From IMG/VR virus record IMGVR_UViG_3300045116_000451, positions 31,654 to 95,653 of that record: DNA of 64,000 bases; one strand, written 5' to 3'. Of this stretch, positions 48,038-56,906 are shown piece by piece. The first letter of the stretch is position 1, and each line of letters opens with the position of its first letter. A program made the translations under genes and the position numbers. A model generated the notes under the pieces. That model was not told the origin of the DNA, made no database searches, and saw nothing but the letters and a program-made list of their open reading frames with translations. Source of the DNA: a virus.

Positions 48038-48492
48038 ACGCGCCCCTGTTTTTGGCCGCGTCGATCGGACGCATTCTGCTTTATCTCGCGGAGGGCACGA
48101 GATCGTTTCGGGGTTCCAACGCAAGCTGACCTACCGTTTAGTATGTGAAACCACGTAACGAGCCACATGCAAACGAAGTCAGATTTGTAACTGAGCTTGG
48201 CCACGGCGCGTGGCACCAGATGAGAGTCGCGTCGCCAGGAACAACGTTTGCCAGTTTTGAAGTTCACGTCCAGGATTTCAAGGGTAGCGCCTCCAACCCC
48301 GACTTTTCCGTCGTCCATCGAAAGAGCGTCGGCTTTGTCGAGCAACCGATTGAAGAGCTTCGCCGGGATGAGAAAGCCCCCTCCCTTGGACGCCAGGGGT
48401 GGCCTGACCTCGTGCTCGATGTGCACCATCCCGTCCATGTCGAGCCAGACGTACATGCCCTCCGGGTTGCTCCAACATCGAATGTAGCTCAA
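48034..48492 (-). CDS. hypothetical protein
   Basis: Probable TTG start overlapping the upstream stop; SYIRCWSN N-terminus. Confidence 0.45.
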   Translation of the reverse strand: MSYIRCWSNPEGMYVWLDMDGMVHIEHEVRPPLASKGGGFLIPAKLFNRLLDKADALSMDDGKVGVGGATLEILDVNFKTGKRCSWRRDSHLVPRAVAKLSYKSDFVCMWLVTWFHILNGRSACVGTPKRSRALREIKQNASDRRGQKQGRV

Positions 48493-49181
48493 GGGCTCGG
48501 CTCCGTTCCGGTCTGCATGAGGTTCACGAAGGTCGCAAGCGTGGGGGCGGCCGTGTACCGGACGCCGAACGTCTTGCCCGCTGTCGTGACGTGGCCGATC
48601 TTCACGAGGTGCCCCAGCATGCGCTTGAGCGCGCGATGCTTGCCCGGGTGCCCGTCGCATCCGAGCGCCGTGGACAGGTCGCGCACGCTCGCGCCTCCCT
48701 GGGTCTCGGTCAGGGCGCGCACGATCGCGATCTGTTCGGCCGCGGTGAGCCCCTGCAGCACGGAGACTGGCATGGCCGGCCTCGGGCCCGAGGGACGCCG
48801 ACGCAGAAGCTCGGCACGCCAGCGGGACTTGCGGATCCCAACCGCCTTGCCGCACGCCTCGTAATAGCTCGGATGCCGATCCGCGACGAGGCGCAGGACC
48901 TCGATCGCGATGCGGTAGGCGCGGTCGATCTCGTCGCACTGCTCGTCGATGGCCTGGTCACGGGAGATGACGAGGTCGCGACGGAGCCGCTCGATGTCGA
49001 CCGGCAGCTCCTCGGGCGCGTAGTCCCGGTAGCTGCCGCTGAGCAGTCGCTTCGCGGTCGCGAAGTCCGAGGTGAGCTTTGCCTTGCGTGCACGTATCGC
49101 GGCATCGCGCCCCTCGGTCAAACACGAAAGAAGGGTTTCGAACGGCGTTTGTTGCAGGGGCGTGTCGCTCGGGGGTGCCAT
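48489..49181 (-). CDS. putative DNA-binding protein with C-terminal winged HTH; contains the protospacer-like site
   Basis: ASVRDLSTALG...LKRMLGHLVKIGHV...GVRY. Confidence 0.65.
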   Translation of the reverse strand: MAPPSDTPLQQTPFETLLSCLTEGRDAAIRARKAKLTSDFATAKRLLSGSYRDYAPEELPVDIERLRRDLVISRDQAIDEQCDEIDRAYRIAIEVLRLVADRHPSYYEACGKAVGIRKSRWRAELLRRRPSGPRPAMPVSVLQGLTAAEQIAIVRALTETQGGASVRDLSTALGCDGHPGKHRALKRMLGHLVKIGHVTTAGKTFGVRYTAAPTLATFVNLMQTGTEPSP

Positions 49182-49191
49182 GATTTCGCGA

Positions 49192-49221
49192 ACCGTATCA
49201 GTCACAAGGGGGCGATGTCAA
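49192..49221 (-). promoter_or_regulatory. putative promoter of the wHTH gene
   Basis: TTGACA-N18-TACGGT with TGn extension. Confidence 0.4.
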
Positions 49222-49254
49222 GCCCCGGCGGTTGTTTTGCGTCGAGGACCGGAT

Positions 49255-49435
49255 GTCGCGGTTTCTTGCCCGCCGCGATGGGGTTGAGATCGGCACGGCA
49301 GCGGGTACCGGGTGTGGAGTGGACGCAGTCGCAGCTTCGTGCCCACTGCGATGGGGTTGAGAGGCTGGGCGCTCGGTGGCGCCCCCGTCCGCATCACACG
49401 TCGCAGCTTCTTGCCAGGCGCGATGGGAAACGAAC
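49255..49435 (-). CRISPR. CRISPR array segment 3: 3 degenerate repeats, 2 spacers
   Basis: Repeats at 49255-49290, 49328-49363, 49400-49435; spacers 37 and 36 bp. Confidence 0.8.
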
Positions 49436-49447
49436 CGACGTCCGTGT

Positions 49448-49690
49448 TCATTTGAGGACGTAGCGTTTCAGTTCGCATTTTGCCAGTGTTGAATACTTTG
49501 GAAACGTGCTCTCAACACCGAACTTCGGGTTCGAGGTGAGAGAATAAATGCGACCACAAGAGGGGCATCTTACTACCACGTCGTGGCTGCACCACCGTAC
49601 AGCGATTCGCTCTCCACAATCACACAGCCTGTCTTCTTCGTCCATGCACACTAGACGTTGAATCTCGGCAATTGATGCCAAAGGTTTCAT
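49448..49690 (-). CDS. 80-aa Cys-rich (Zn-ribbon) ORF between CRISPR repeats
   Basis: AGGAG RBS, ATG 49690, CDC...CPSC; lower GC than flanks. Confidence 0.6.
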   Translation of the reverse strand: MKPLASIAEIQRLVCMDEEDRLCDCGERIAVRWCSHDVVVRCPSCGRIYSLTSNPKFGVESTFPKYSTLAKCELKRYVLK

Positions 49691-49707
49691 GACTACTCCT
49701 ACTGTTG

Positions 49708-50110
49708 GTCGCGGCTCCTTGCCCGCCGCGATGGGGTTGTGAGCCCGTACGGGCCGGCTCGGAGCGTCCGAGGTCGGCCCCGGTCGCGGCTTCTTCCCCG
49801 CCGCGATGGGGTTGCGAGATCTCGGGCAGGCTGCCGTGCTCGTGCGAGCCATCGACGTCGCGGCTTCTTCCCCGCCGCGATGGGGTTGCAAGCCGGAGGC
49901 GGCGGATCGGGTGGCCTCCGGCCGACGCGGGTCGCGGCTTCTTCCCCGCCGCGATGGGGTTGCAAGGATCTGCCTCCTGTTCAGGGCACGGGGAGAGATC
50001 CAGGTCGCGGCTTCTTCCCCGCCGCGATGGGGTTGCAAGGCCCAGCGGAGGACCGCCACCGCCATCTCGACCACGTCGCGGCTTCTTCCCCGCCGCGATG
50101 GGGTTGCAAG
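49708..50110 (-). CRISPR. CRISPR array 2: 6 repeats, 5 spacers, 12 bp downstream of the cas12 stop
   Basis: Repeat CTTGCAACCCCATCGCGGCGGGGAAGAAGCCGCGAC (minus strand) at 50075, 50004, 49931, 49857, 49783, 49708; spacers 35-39 bp. Confidence 0.97.
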
Positions 50111-50122
50111 GGGTCTCGCAGA

Positions 50123-52036
50123 TCATGAGGCTTTCCGCCACTTCCGGCGCGGCGTTGCGAGCGCTTCCTGTTCCTGCTGCCTTTCGAGTCGCCTTCGCGC
50201 CGCGCGCTTGAACCGCGACTCTCCCTTCCGCACGTCTTCGCTCGCTTTCTTGCGCTTGCGAGTGGTCCCTGGCTCCGGCGCGCCGCTGAGGTGCTCGCGC
50301 ACCAAGTTGCGGGCGGCGTTCTCGTCTTGGTCCCACGTCTCCCCACACACCGTGCACGTGTGCACGAGCACGTTCGCAGCGTCGAACGCCTGCTCCGCGC
50401 CGCACGCATGGCAGTTCTGCGTGGTGCCCGCGACCGGCCGAAGCGAGACAGCACCGGTGCGTTTGAACGCGTTCATCACCTTGATCCTGAAGTCCCCCGT
50501 CGCGACGAGCTGCCGGTTCGATCGGGCGACCTCGTTCTCGGCCTCGGGGGCCTCGGGCGGCTGCCGTCGCGCGAACTCGCGCAGGTCCATCGCGGGCACA
50601 TCAGTGCCGTCGTCGTCCTCGAGCACGACCGTCTCGTAGGCGCGCGACAGCTCGGCCGCAACCTGCTCGAAGAGCTTGTCGCGCTGGTGCAGCGCGCGCC
50701 GTCGCTGAGAGGCTTCCCGGCGCCAGATCCACCGGTCCGCGTACCACCAGTTCTCGGCCGCTGCGAACGCCTGCTCGTCGCCGGGCCAACGCCGCTCGCG
50801 CCAGACGCGCCCGACAAATGCAGAGAGGCGCCCCGGCGAGCGCCACTTCGGCAGCGTCTCGATCGCCTCGGCGAACCATGGCGGCACCTCGAGCCCTTCG
50901 AGGCGCCCGAGCAGCGCTGCCCGCGCCTCGTTGAACGTCTGGTCTCGGTCAGCCTTGAATCGCTCCGCGCGTCGCAGGCAGGCCACGAGGAGCGCGGGCA
51001 CGCGCACTTCCCCATGGCGCCCGTCTTGCCCGTACCAGTAGCCAATCCGCACGTCGTGCGGGTAGCCGTCCACAGGCTCGGCGGCCTCGAGCTGCCGCCA
51101 GCCGATGTCCACGCCGACGCACAGGCCCGAGCCCTGCGCCCGAGGCGGGCGCTTCACGTCGGTCGTGTCCACGGTCAGAAGCAGCCGCCAGACGTCGCGG
51201 GGGCCGACCCTGTCGCACTTGACCGCAGCCCACTTGATCACGCCAGCCGGAGGCAGCTCGCGGTGCAGCAGCGCGGGCCAGGCTCCAAAGATCGGCTTGC
51301 GGTCCTGGGTCTGCACGCACATGCGAAGCGTGGACCGCGCCAGGGACCTGCGACCGCGCCCCGGCGCCTGCGCTGCATTGGTGCGCACGTAGGCTCGCTC
51401 GTCGGGACGCGCTAGCATCACGCGCGTGTTGGGCTGGAATACCTTGGAAACGGGTAGGCCGTTCTGGAGCTGTACGGCGATCTTCCCGCCACCCGTCCAC
51501 TCGTGGACGCGCGCTGGGTCGCGGGGAGCAGCCCCTTCGTAGAGCGGCGTCTTTCGTGCCGCATCGTCCGCCTGCTCGACCAGCAGGTAGGTGCCCCAGT
51601 ACACGCCGCACTCCGCGCGCAGTTCGAGCCGGATCCCGTGCGCGCGCTCGTTGACGGCTGCGAGTTCTGCGGCCATCGCCTCCTCAGCGCGCTTGGTCGC
51701 CGTTCGGAACTCGGTTAGCGCAACGCGTTCGGCTGCCCGAGCGCTCGTCACGGCGTCGGTGAGCGCCTGGTCGGGATTGCGCTCGCCCGTTTCGATGCGC
51801 GCCGCCTTGAGCGCCTCCAGGGCGCTGCAAACCACCTCGCCCGCAGCGGTGGCCGATGCGAGCGCAGCAGCGAACGGTTCGTGTTTGGCGAGCACGGCGC
51901 GGTACATCTCGCGGCGGCCACGCTCCAGGCGCGCCAACTCGCGTCTGTACTGGTGCGCGACCCGCATCTGGTCCAGAACGAGATCGGAATGCTCGAATGG
52001 CCTACCGAGGCCGTACTGGTACACGCATGTGCTCAT
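50123..52036 (-). CDS. cas12m: Compact type V CRISPR effector, Cas12m (V-M, formerly V-U1/C2c4)-like, 637 aa
   Basis: RuvC-I VGVDIGWR, RuvC-II VVLE, CHAC...CTVC Zn finger, RuvC-III DQDENAA; family motifs YWGTY, IAVQLQ, HRELP, WRSP; N-terminal coiled coil; GGAGG RBS; adjacent array. Confidence 0.85.
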   Translation of the reverse strand: MSTCVYQYGLGRPFEHSDLVLDQMRVAHQYRRELARLERGRREMYRAVLAKHEPFAAALASATAAGEVVCSALEALKAARIETGERNPDQALTDAVTSARAAERVALTEFRTATKRAEEAMAAELAAVNERAHGIRLELRAECGVYWGTYLLVEQADDAARKTPLYEGAAPRDPARVHEWTGGGKIAVQLQNGLPVSKVFQPNTRVMLARPDERAYVRTNAAQAPGRGRRSLARSTLRMCVQTQDRKPIFGAWPALLHRELPPAGVIKWAAVKCDRVGPRDVWRLLLTVDTTDVKRPPRAQGSGLCVGVDIGWRQLEAAEPVDGYPHDVRIGYWYGQDGRHGEVRVPALLVACLRRAERFKADRDQTFNEARAALLGRLEGLEVPPWFAEAIETLPKWRSPGRLSAFVGRVWRERRWPGDEQAFAAAENWWYADRWIWRREASQRRRALHQRDKLFEQVAAELSRAYETVVLEDDDGTDVPAMDLREFARRQPPEAPEAENEVARSNRQLVATGDFRIKVMNAFKRTGAVSLRPVAGTTQNCHACGAEQAFDAANVLVHTCTVCGETWDQDENAARNLVREHLSGAPEPGTTRKRKKASEDVRKGESRFKRAARRRLERQQEQEALATPRRKWRKAS

Positions 52037-52278
52037 AGCTACCTCCATTCGAATTTCGACTTGCCGTCTGGCTCACGTCTTCTCCCTGCGCGGGCACTCC
52101 ATCGTCGCCGCCTCGCCCCGCACCTCGCCGTCGATGCGGCGCCACTCGACCCGGGCCGAGCACCGGCGGCACACGCCCCAGACGCCGGCGGAGTCGCACC
52201 AGGTCAGCATGACGTGCCCGTGTCGGGCGCAGGCGTCGAGCGCGGCCTTGGCGGGGACGGGAAGGTCGTGGGCGGGTC

Positions 52279-52503
52279 TCATTGCCCGTCCGTCTTCCCG
52301 TTCTTCAGCCACTCGACGAACGCAGCCTCGCAGTCGTGGCAGAGGTCGTAGGTGGCAGTGCCGACCGGCTCCGCGCAATTGCCGCGTCTAGGCCACCAAC
52401 TGTGGGTGATCTTGCCCCCACGCGAGTCTAACGCGCTGGACGAGCCATGCGACGCGCCTTCTGCTCCACACCTGTCGCACACCAATACACTACGCAAGCT
52501 CAT
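52279..52503 (-). CDS. small Zn-finger protein
   Basis: CDRCG...YDLCHDCEAAF. Confidence 0.65.
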   Translation of the reverse strand: MSLRSVLVCDRCGAEGASHGSSSALDSRGGKITHSWWPRRGNCAEPVGTATYDLCHDCEAAFVEWLKNGKTDGQ

Positions 52504-52733
52504 CTGTCAGTCTCCTTCGCTCTCCGAATCCACTCGCCGAACGCAGCCTCACAGTCCTGGCAAAGGTCGTAATCCACCGTGCCACCGCCGACGGCACCGT
52601 CGTAAGCGCGCCCCCAGACCTCAGCGTTGCGAACATGCCGACCGCCACGTGCGAACGCGCCCGATCGGTACTTCACGCCCTCCGCGCCGCACCGGTCACA
52701 CACCATCACGTCCACGGTCTTTCGTGTGCTCAT
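52500..52733 (-). CDS. small Zn-finger protein (paralogue)
   Basis: CDRCG...YDLCQDCEAAF. Confidence 0.65.
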   Translation of the reverse strand: MSTRKTVDVMVCDRCGAEGVKYRSGAFARGGRHVRNAEVWGRAYDGAVGGGTVDYDLCQDCEAAFGEWIRRAKETDR

Positions 52734-52873
52734 CGTTCATCCTCCTTCGCTCTCCGAATCCACTCCCGAGCCCGCAGGATCGAGAGGCAGAGTTCCTCGG
52801 CGATGTATCTTGTGCCGCGACCCTCGGCGAGCATGCGCTTGACGGGGCCCGAAGTGACCGGCGCTGGGATCAT
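52730..52873 (-). CDS. 47-aa HTH-like peptide (absent from the ORF track)
   Basis: MLAEGRGTRYIAEELCLSILRAREWIRR; coupled to neighbours at both ends. Confidence 0.5.
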   Translation of the reverse strand: MIPAPVTSGPVKRMLAEGRGTRYIAEELCLSILRAREWIRRAKEDER

Positions 52874-53259
52874 AGGGTAGCCGTCCGCTCACATACGTCC
52901 ACCACAAACCGCAGCGCCATTGCGGCGACCTGAATCGCCTCCTGACGCATGCGGGCGATGTTGGCCTCATCGCGGTGACACCGCACTTCCGACCACAGCT
53001 CCTCGACTTCCTCCAGAAGTATCGCATAGCCCTCGTGGGCTGAGCGGAACGGGGGGAACTTGTCCTGCGCGCGTTTCAGTTCTGCCGCGGCGTCGGCTAC
53101 TGCTGCCCCCATGACCGTCAGATCGCGAGCACGGGCGAGCAGGTCCGAGAGGCGCTGGGCGCACACGGGTACCATGTCACAGCACGCGTGCTCGTGTTCG
53201 CAGTAGTGGTCTACCAAAGCCAGTCTGAAGTAAGGGAGCAGCGTGTCAATCGTCGTCAT
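52870..53259 (-). CDS. MazG-like all-alpha NTP pyrophosphohydrolase
   Basis: HEGYAILLEEVEEL...EAIQVAAMALRF. Confidence 0.65.
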   Translation of the reverse strand: MTTIDTLLPYFRLALVDHYCEHEHACCDMVPVCAQRLSDLLARARDLTVMGAAVADAAAELKRAQDKFPPFRSAHEGYAILLEEVEELWSEVRCHRDEANIARMRQEAIQVAAMALRFVVDVCERTATL

Positions 53260-53440
53260 TACGGAGCCCTCCTGTGTGGAAGAATGGGCATCTGCCCTTT
53301 CGTTGGCGCGGACAGCACAATTTCTGCTCTCGTTGATGGTAGTACCAGTAGTCTTGCGTCTCCCCCAGGTCGTCGTACGAATCGCACTTCCGTCAGCAAC
53401 TCGGCAATGCGGAGCACGCGGAAGGCGTCAAGAGGGTCGG

Positions 53441-53833
53441 TCATGGCTTCGCCCCCCATCGCTGGCACGCGTCGTCCCACCATCGGGCCTGCGTGGTGTG
53501 CGGGCAGCGCCCTCCGCCAAGCCCCTCGTGCACCCACTTCGCGCACGTCTCGCAGCGGTGCTGCTCACGTGCGATGCGGGCGGCGAAACGGGCGACGGCG
53601 ACGGAGATGACTGCCTCGCGCACACCGGCCGGTGCGCGATTGAGCTTGCCCTCGTACACCACCGCCAGGCGATTGTGCGCGACCAGGACGCACGTTCGCG
53701 GGTCGGCCGTTGCATTCGCGTCCCGCGCGAGCAGCGCGAGCCACGAGTGGGCTCCGCGCGAATGCCCGCAATCCGAGCAGTCGTCGGGGCCGTCCGGCGC
53801 GTCGAGCCAGGCGAGGAGCGTGTCGAGCGTCAT
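53441..53833 (-). CDS. hypothetical Cys-rich protein
   Basis: CSDC, CETC; AGGAG RBS. Confidence 0.5.
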   Translation of the reverse strand: MTLDTLLAWLDAPDGPDDCSDCGHSRGAHSWLALLARDANATADPRTCVLVAHNRLAVVYEGKLNRAPAGVREAVISVAVARFAARIAREQHRCETCAKWVHEGLGGGRCPHTTQARWWDDACQRWGAKP

Positions 53834-54393
53834 GTCGTGCTCCTGTACGCCCGGATGGCCTCGATGAGGCGTCCCCGCGCAGCCATGCTGGCGCCCCGCT
53901 TCGACCTAGGGAAGGCGTACACGTCGTCGAGCCACGCGCACGCCGCCTCGACTACGGGGAGCAGGTGCTCGATCTGAGTGCAGACCTCCGCGCTCTCCTT
54001 TCGCAGCCATTTCAGCGTGTTGCCAGCGTCTGGCCAGAGATCCAGAAGATCCTTCGTGGTATCCTCCGGGTCGAGATAGCGCACTCGCTTCCCTTGTCGG
54101 CCTGCGATTGCAATCTCTGCCTGCACGCCAGTCGATTCCTCCCACCCATCGAGCATCAGCACCCAGACCTCGGTGCACGCGGTAATGAGCGCCTCGTCGT
54201 ACGCGGACCAGAAGTCCCAACCTTTCGGCAGGTCGCCAGCGATGGCAATCGGGTGCGTGTGGGCGATAGGCGACAGGATTCCGTACCCAGCGCGCATGAG
54301 GGTTGCGGCAGTAGCGCACACGTCGCGGAAACGCTGCTCACGCACGGCGGGGTCTGGATGCGAGTAGGGGCTTGCGAGGTAGACTAGGAGCAT
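53830..54393 (-). CDS. DUF1937 / nucleoside deoxyribosyltransferase-like protein
   Basis: YLASPYSH...SPIAHTH...GWEESTGVQAEI. Confidence 0.75.
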   Translation of the reverse strand: MLLVYLASPYSHPDPAVREQRFRDVCATAATLMRAGYGILSPIAHTHPIAIAGDLPKGWDFWSAYDEALITACTEVWVLMLDGWEESTGVQAEIAIAGRQGKRVRYLDPEDTTKDLLDLWPDAGNTLKWLRKESAEVCTQIEHLLPVVEAACAWLDDVYAFPRSKRGASMAARGRLIEAIRAYRSTT

Positions 54394-55244
54394 CCCCCGC
54401 CCCCTCCTCGAAAGACCCTCTGCAACTCGGCCGGCATCTGTTGCACGAGCGGCGTGCGCTTGGTCTTGTGCCAGCAGGGCACGCCCGCGCGCCGGCACTG
54501 CTCCACGATGTCGGCGATCCACGCTGGATCGCACGGCCTCGCCCCCGGCCCGTTCTCGGCACCGACCACGACCCAATCGATGCCGCGCAGGTCGAGGTCC
54601 GGGATCGGCCCGAGCAGCGGCTCCAGCGAGAGCCAGCGGTGGTAGGCGGGGATGCGCTGGAGCGCTGGAATCCGCTCGGCGGCTCGCGTGACATCTTCGA
54701 CCGTCACGCCGAGCCAGATGTTTCTGGCAGGCCAGCTCCGCGAGGTCGCGGGTTGCGGCAGCGCGCACCCTTGCCGGAGTGCCGCCGCTCTCAGGACATG
54801 CCATCGTCGCCAGTCCGTCGGATCCAGCGGGAACATGGTGCGGCACCTATCGGCCTGAGCCTCAAGCCACTGAAACCACGCCTGCGCGAGTGCCGGGCGC
54901 TTGGTGCATACCAGGAACCGCTGCGCTGGCGCGACGGCCATCACGGCGAAGATTGTCGCGATCTCGACGTCCGACATCAGAGGCAGGAACAAGTCCGACA
55001 TGAGGCATGCGAACACGACCTTAGGCTTACGCCACCGCAGCGGTGCACTCAGCCGCTCTCTCAGGAAGCGAGCTGTACCCGTCCACCGGCCATCGCGCAC
55101 GATGCCGTCGTACTCCGGCAGGTGCGCGAGCCGGGTCGAGGCCAGGCGCTCGGCCCAGCAGTGATCGCATCCAGGCGACGCGTGCGAGCAGCCGACGATG
55201 GGATTCCACGAGACGTCCCAATAGCGGTCAGTCGTCGTCGTCAT
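54384..55244 (-). CDS. DUF5131 (phage Gp37/Gp68) family protein
   Basis: WNPIVGCSHASPGCDHCWAE, MSDLF, TKRP, WLSLEPLLG, DWVVVGAE. Confidence 0.9.
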   Translation of the reverse strand: MTTTTDRYWDVSWNPIVGCSHASPGCDHCWAERLASTRLAHLPEYDGIVRDGRWTGTARFLRERLSAPLRWRKPKVVFACLMSDLFLPLMSDVEIATIFAVMAVAPAQRFLVCTKRPALAQAWFQWLEAQADRCRTMFPLDPTDWRRWHVLRAAALRQGCALPQPATSRSWPARNIWLGVTVEDVTRAAERIPALQRIPAYHRWLSLEPLLGPIPDLDLRGIDWVVVGAENGPGARPCDPAWIADIVEQCRRAGVPCWHKTKRTPLVQQMPAELQRVFRGGGGGCS

Positions 55245-55536
55245 CCGGCACCTCCCGGTAGTCGAACCCAAGGCAATCGAACAGCGTGGAGACCAGCGTC
55301 CCGAACAAGAACCCGCGGGGGCAGTAGTGGTCTCGGATGGCAACGCACGGCGCGCACGTACGGTGGTAGTTCCAGGTGCCCTCCCAGCAGCCCGACACGT
55401 ACTCGTACCGGATGCCTGGAACGATCTCCGCGCCGCATTCCCCGCAGGAATGCACCTGGCGCGCCGTGCGCCAAGTCGCCTGGTAGACCGATGGCGGGTC
55501 GTAGTCCGTGACGGAGCAGTCGCAGATGGAGGTCAT
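55228..55536 (-). CDS. small Zn-finger protein
   Basis: RTARQVHSCGECG...CAPC. Confidence 0.65.
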   Translation of the reverse strand: MTSICDCSVTDYDPPSVYQATWRTARQVHSCGECGAEIVPGIRYEYVSGCWEGTWNYHRTCAPCVAIRDHYCPRGFLFGTLVSTLFDCLGFDYREVPDDDDD

Positions 55537-55795
55537 GGTGTCACCCTGTGCCGCTTGCTGCGGCGACGCGCCGCCTTGCGCATGAACGGTTCAATCTCCG
55601 TGGAAAACACGGAGAACGACTTGCCGACGTGTGGGCACAGGTATGAATTGCCATGGCGGTCGATGCGCGGGTGGACAAACGCGCCCGGGCGCGTGGCGGG
55701 TTCGAGGTCTACCATGGCCACGTGGCACGTGCGGCACATCGCCTTGCGGCGGTGGGTCGAGAAGTACGGCCAGAGCGGGAAGTCGCGAAGCGCGT

Positions 55796-56182
55796 TCACG
55801 CTGGCACCTCATCCGCTTTCGGGAAGTACGTTACCACGTATTGCAGCGACGCATCGACGATGACAATCGGCACCAAGGGCGGCGTGAGCACGTCGAACCA
55901 GTCTCCCAGCGCAGTCCTAGTCAGGTCCGAGCCCCGCGGTTCAACGAACACGTAATGCGTCGAGCAGAGAAAGGACACCCGCCCGTACTGCCGTCCCTGC
56001 GCTTCGAGTTGCGCGGCGTACGCCGTGCCCTTCTGGACGACGAATACGACGTCCGTTGTGCCCGCAGCGCGGACAGCCTCGTCCACGTAAGGCTGGCAGG
56101 CGTCGAGAATCGGCTGCGTGATCGCCGTCAGGGCGGCGCTGTCAGCCAAGTAGTCGTCGACATCAGGGCACGAAGCGCTCAT
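55796..56182 (-). CDS. hypothetical protein
   Basis: 128 aa, GGAGG RBS. Confidence 0.5.
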   Translation of the reverse strand: MSASCPDVDDYLADSAALTAITQPILDACQPYVDEAVRAAGTTDVVFVVQKGTAYAAQLEAQGRQYGRVSFLCSTHYVFVEPRGSDLTRTALGDWFDVLTPPLVPIVIVDASLQYVVTYFPKADEVPA

Positions 56183-56221
56183 CTCGTCGCCTCCCGGGCC
56201 ATGACGTTGATAGCGTCCCTT

Positions 56222-56788
56222 TCATTCGCACGACGACGCCTCCGGCTTGAGCGCGCGGATGGCACGGGCACACGCTTGAAGCGGGTGCTCTATCCGGTCG
56301 CTTGGCGCCACCTCACCACTCAACGCATCCGCCTTCTCGCCCAACACATCCGACGCCTCCAGTAGAACATCTCCTCCGTAGTCACAAAGATCGAGCATGC
56401 TCTCGACCATGGCAGCACAACGGGCCTTCGCTTCGGCGAACCCCTCGGCTCGGGCATCATCCTGGGTTGCAGCGACGACCTTTGGGCTGCACATGGCCGG
56501 ATTGTTCGCCGCGACGATGGCGGCCAGGTCCCTCGTCAGCTCGTCAAGTCGCCGCTGCACAATGGCGAGCGCCTCCGCCTTCGCTCCGTCCGCGTCGTGG
56601 CAGGTCAGAGGACGGGGGGCTCCGAAGAGCGCAGGGCAGGCAAACATCCAAGATGCATACTTGCCAAACCGACGAACCACCACGATGCGCAAGCGGCCTT
56701 GCTCTGCGACCCATTGGAACGGCTCGCGCTTCGCGTCCCACGACGCGTATTCAGTTGCGTCCACCCACCTTCCGTTCGCCTCGCTCAC
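56222..56788 (-). CDS. hypothetical protein
   Basis: Probable GTG start 56788. Confidence 0.45.
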   Translation of the reverse strand: MSEANGRWVDATEYASWDAKREPFQWVAEQGRLRIVVVRRFGKYASWMFACPALFGAPRPLTCHDADGAKAEALAIVQRRLDELTRDLAAIVAANNPAMCSPKVVAATQDDARAEGFAEAKARCAAMVESMLDLCDYGGDVLLEASDVLGEKADALSGEVAPSDRIEHPLQACARAIRALKPEASSCE

Positions 56789-56906
56789 CTCGCACCTCGC
56801 TTCCTCGGCTGCCTCAGCGACGCTCGCCACATCTCCGCGACACGAGCGGCGCACTCCGCGCACCCGAAGTACACGGTGACATCGCGGCTGGTGCTCGACT
56901 CGGGCT

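Noticed and set aside
49744-49782. Array 2 spacer with a 17/19-nt match to 14881-14899
   Set aside because: Short GC-rich match; a rough estimate suggests about one such hit by chance across all spacers, and the flanks do not align without a gap
49448-50074. 208-aa ORF, and other ORFs such as 42957-43769, running through the CRISPR repeats
   Set aside because: Translations are repeat-derived (NPIAAGK, PHRGG); only the part from ATG 49690 has an RBS and unique sequence
50040-50074. Array 2 spacer resembling 520-554 (ATGGCGGTGGC core)
   Set aside because: Only about 20/35 identity; chance level
50123-52036. IS200/IS605 TnpB transposon
   Set aside because: Longer than typical TnpB, no tnpA or transposon ends seen, and a true repeat-spacer array follows the stop directly
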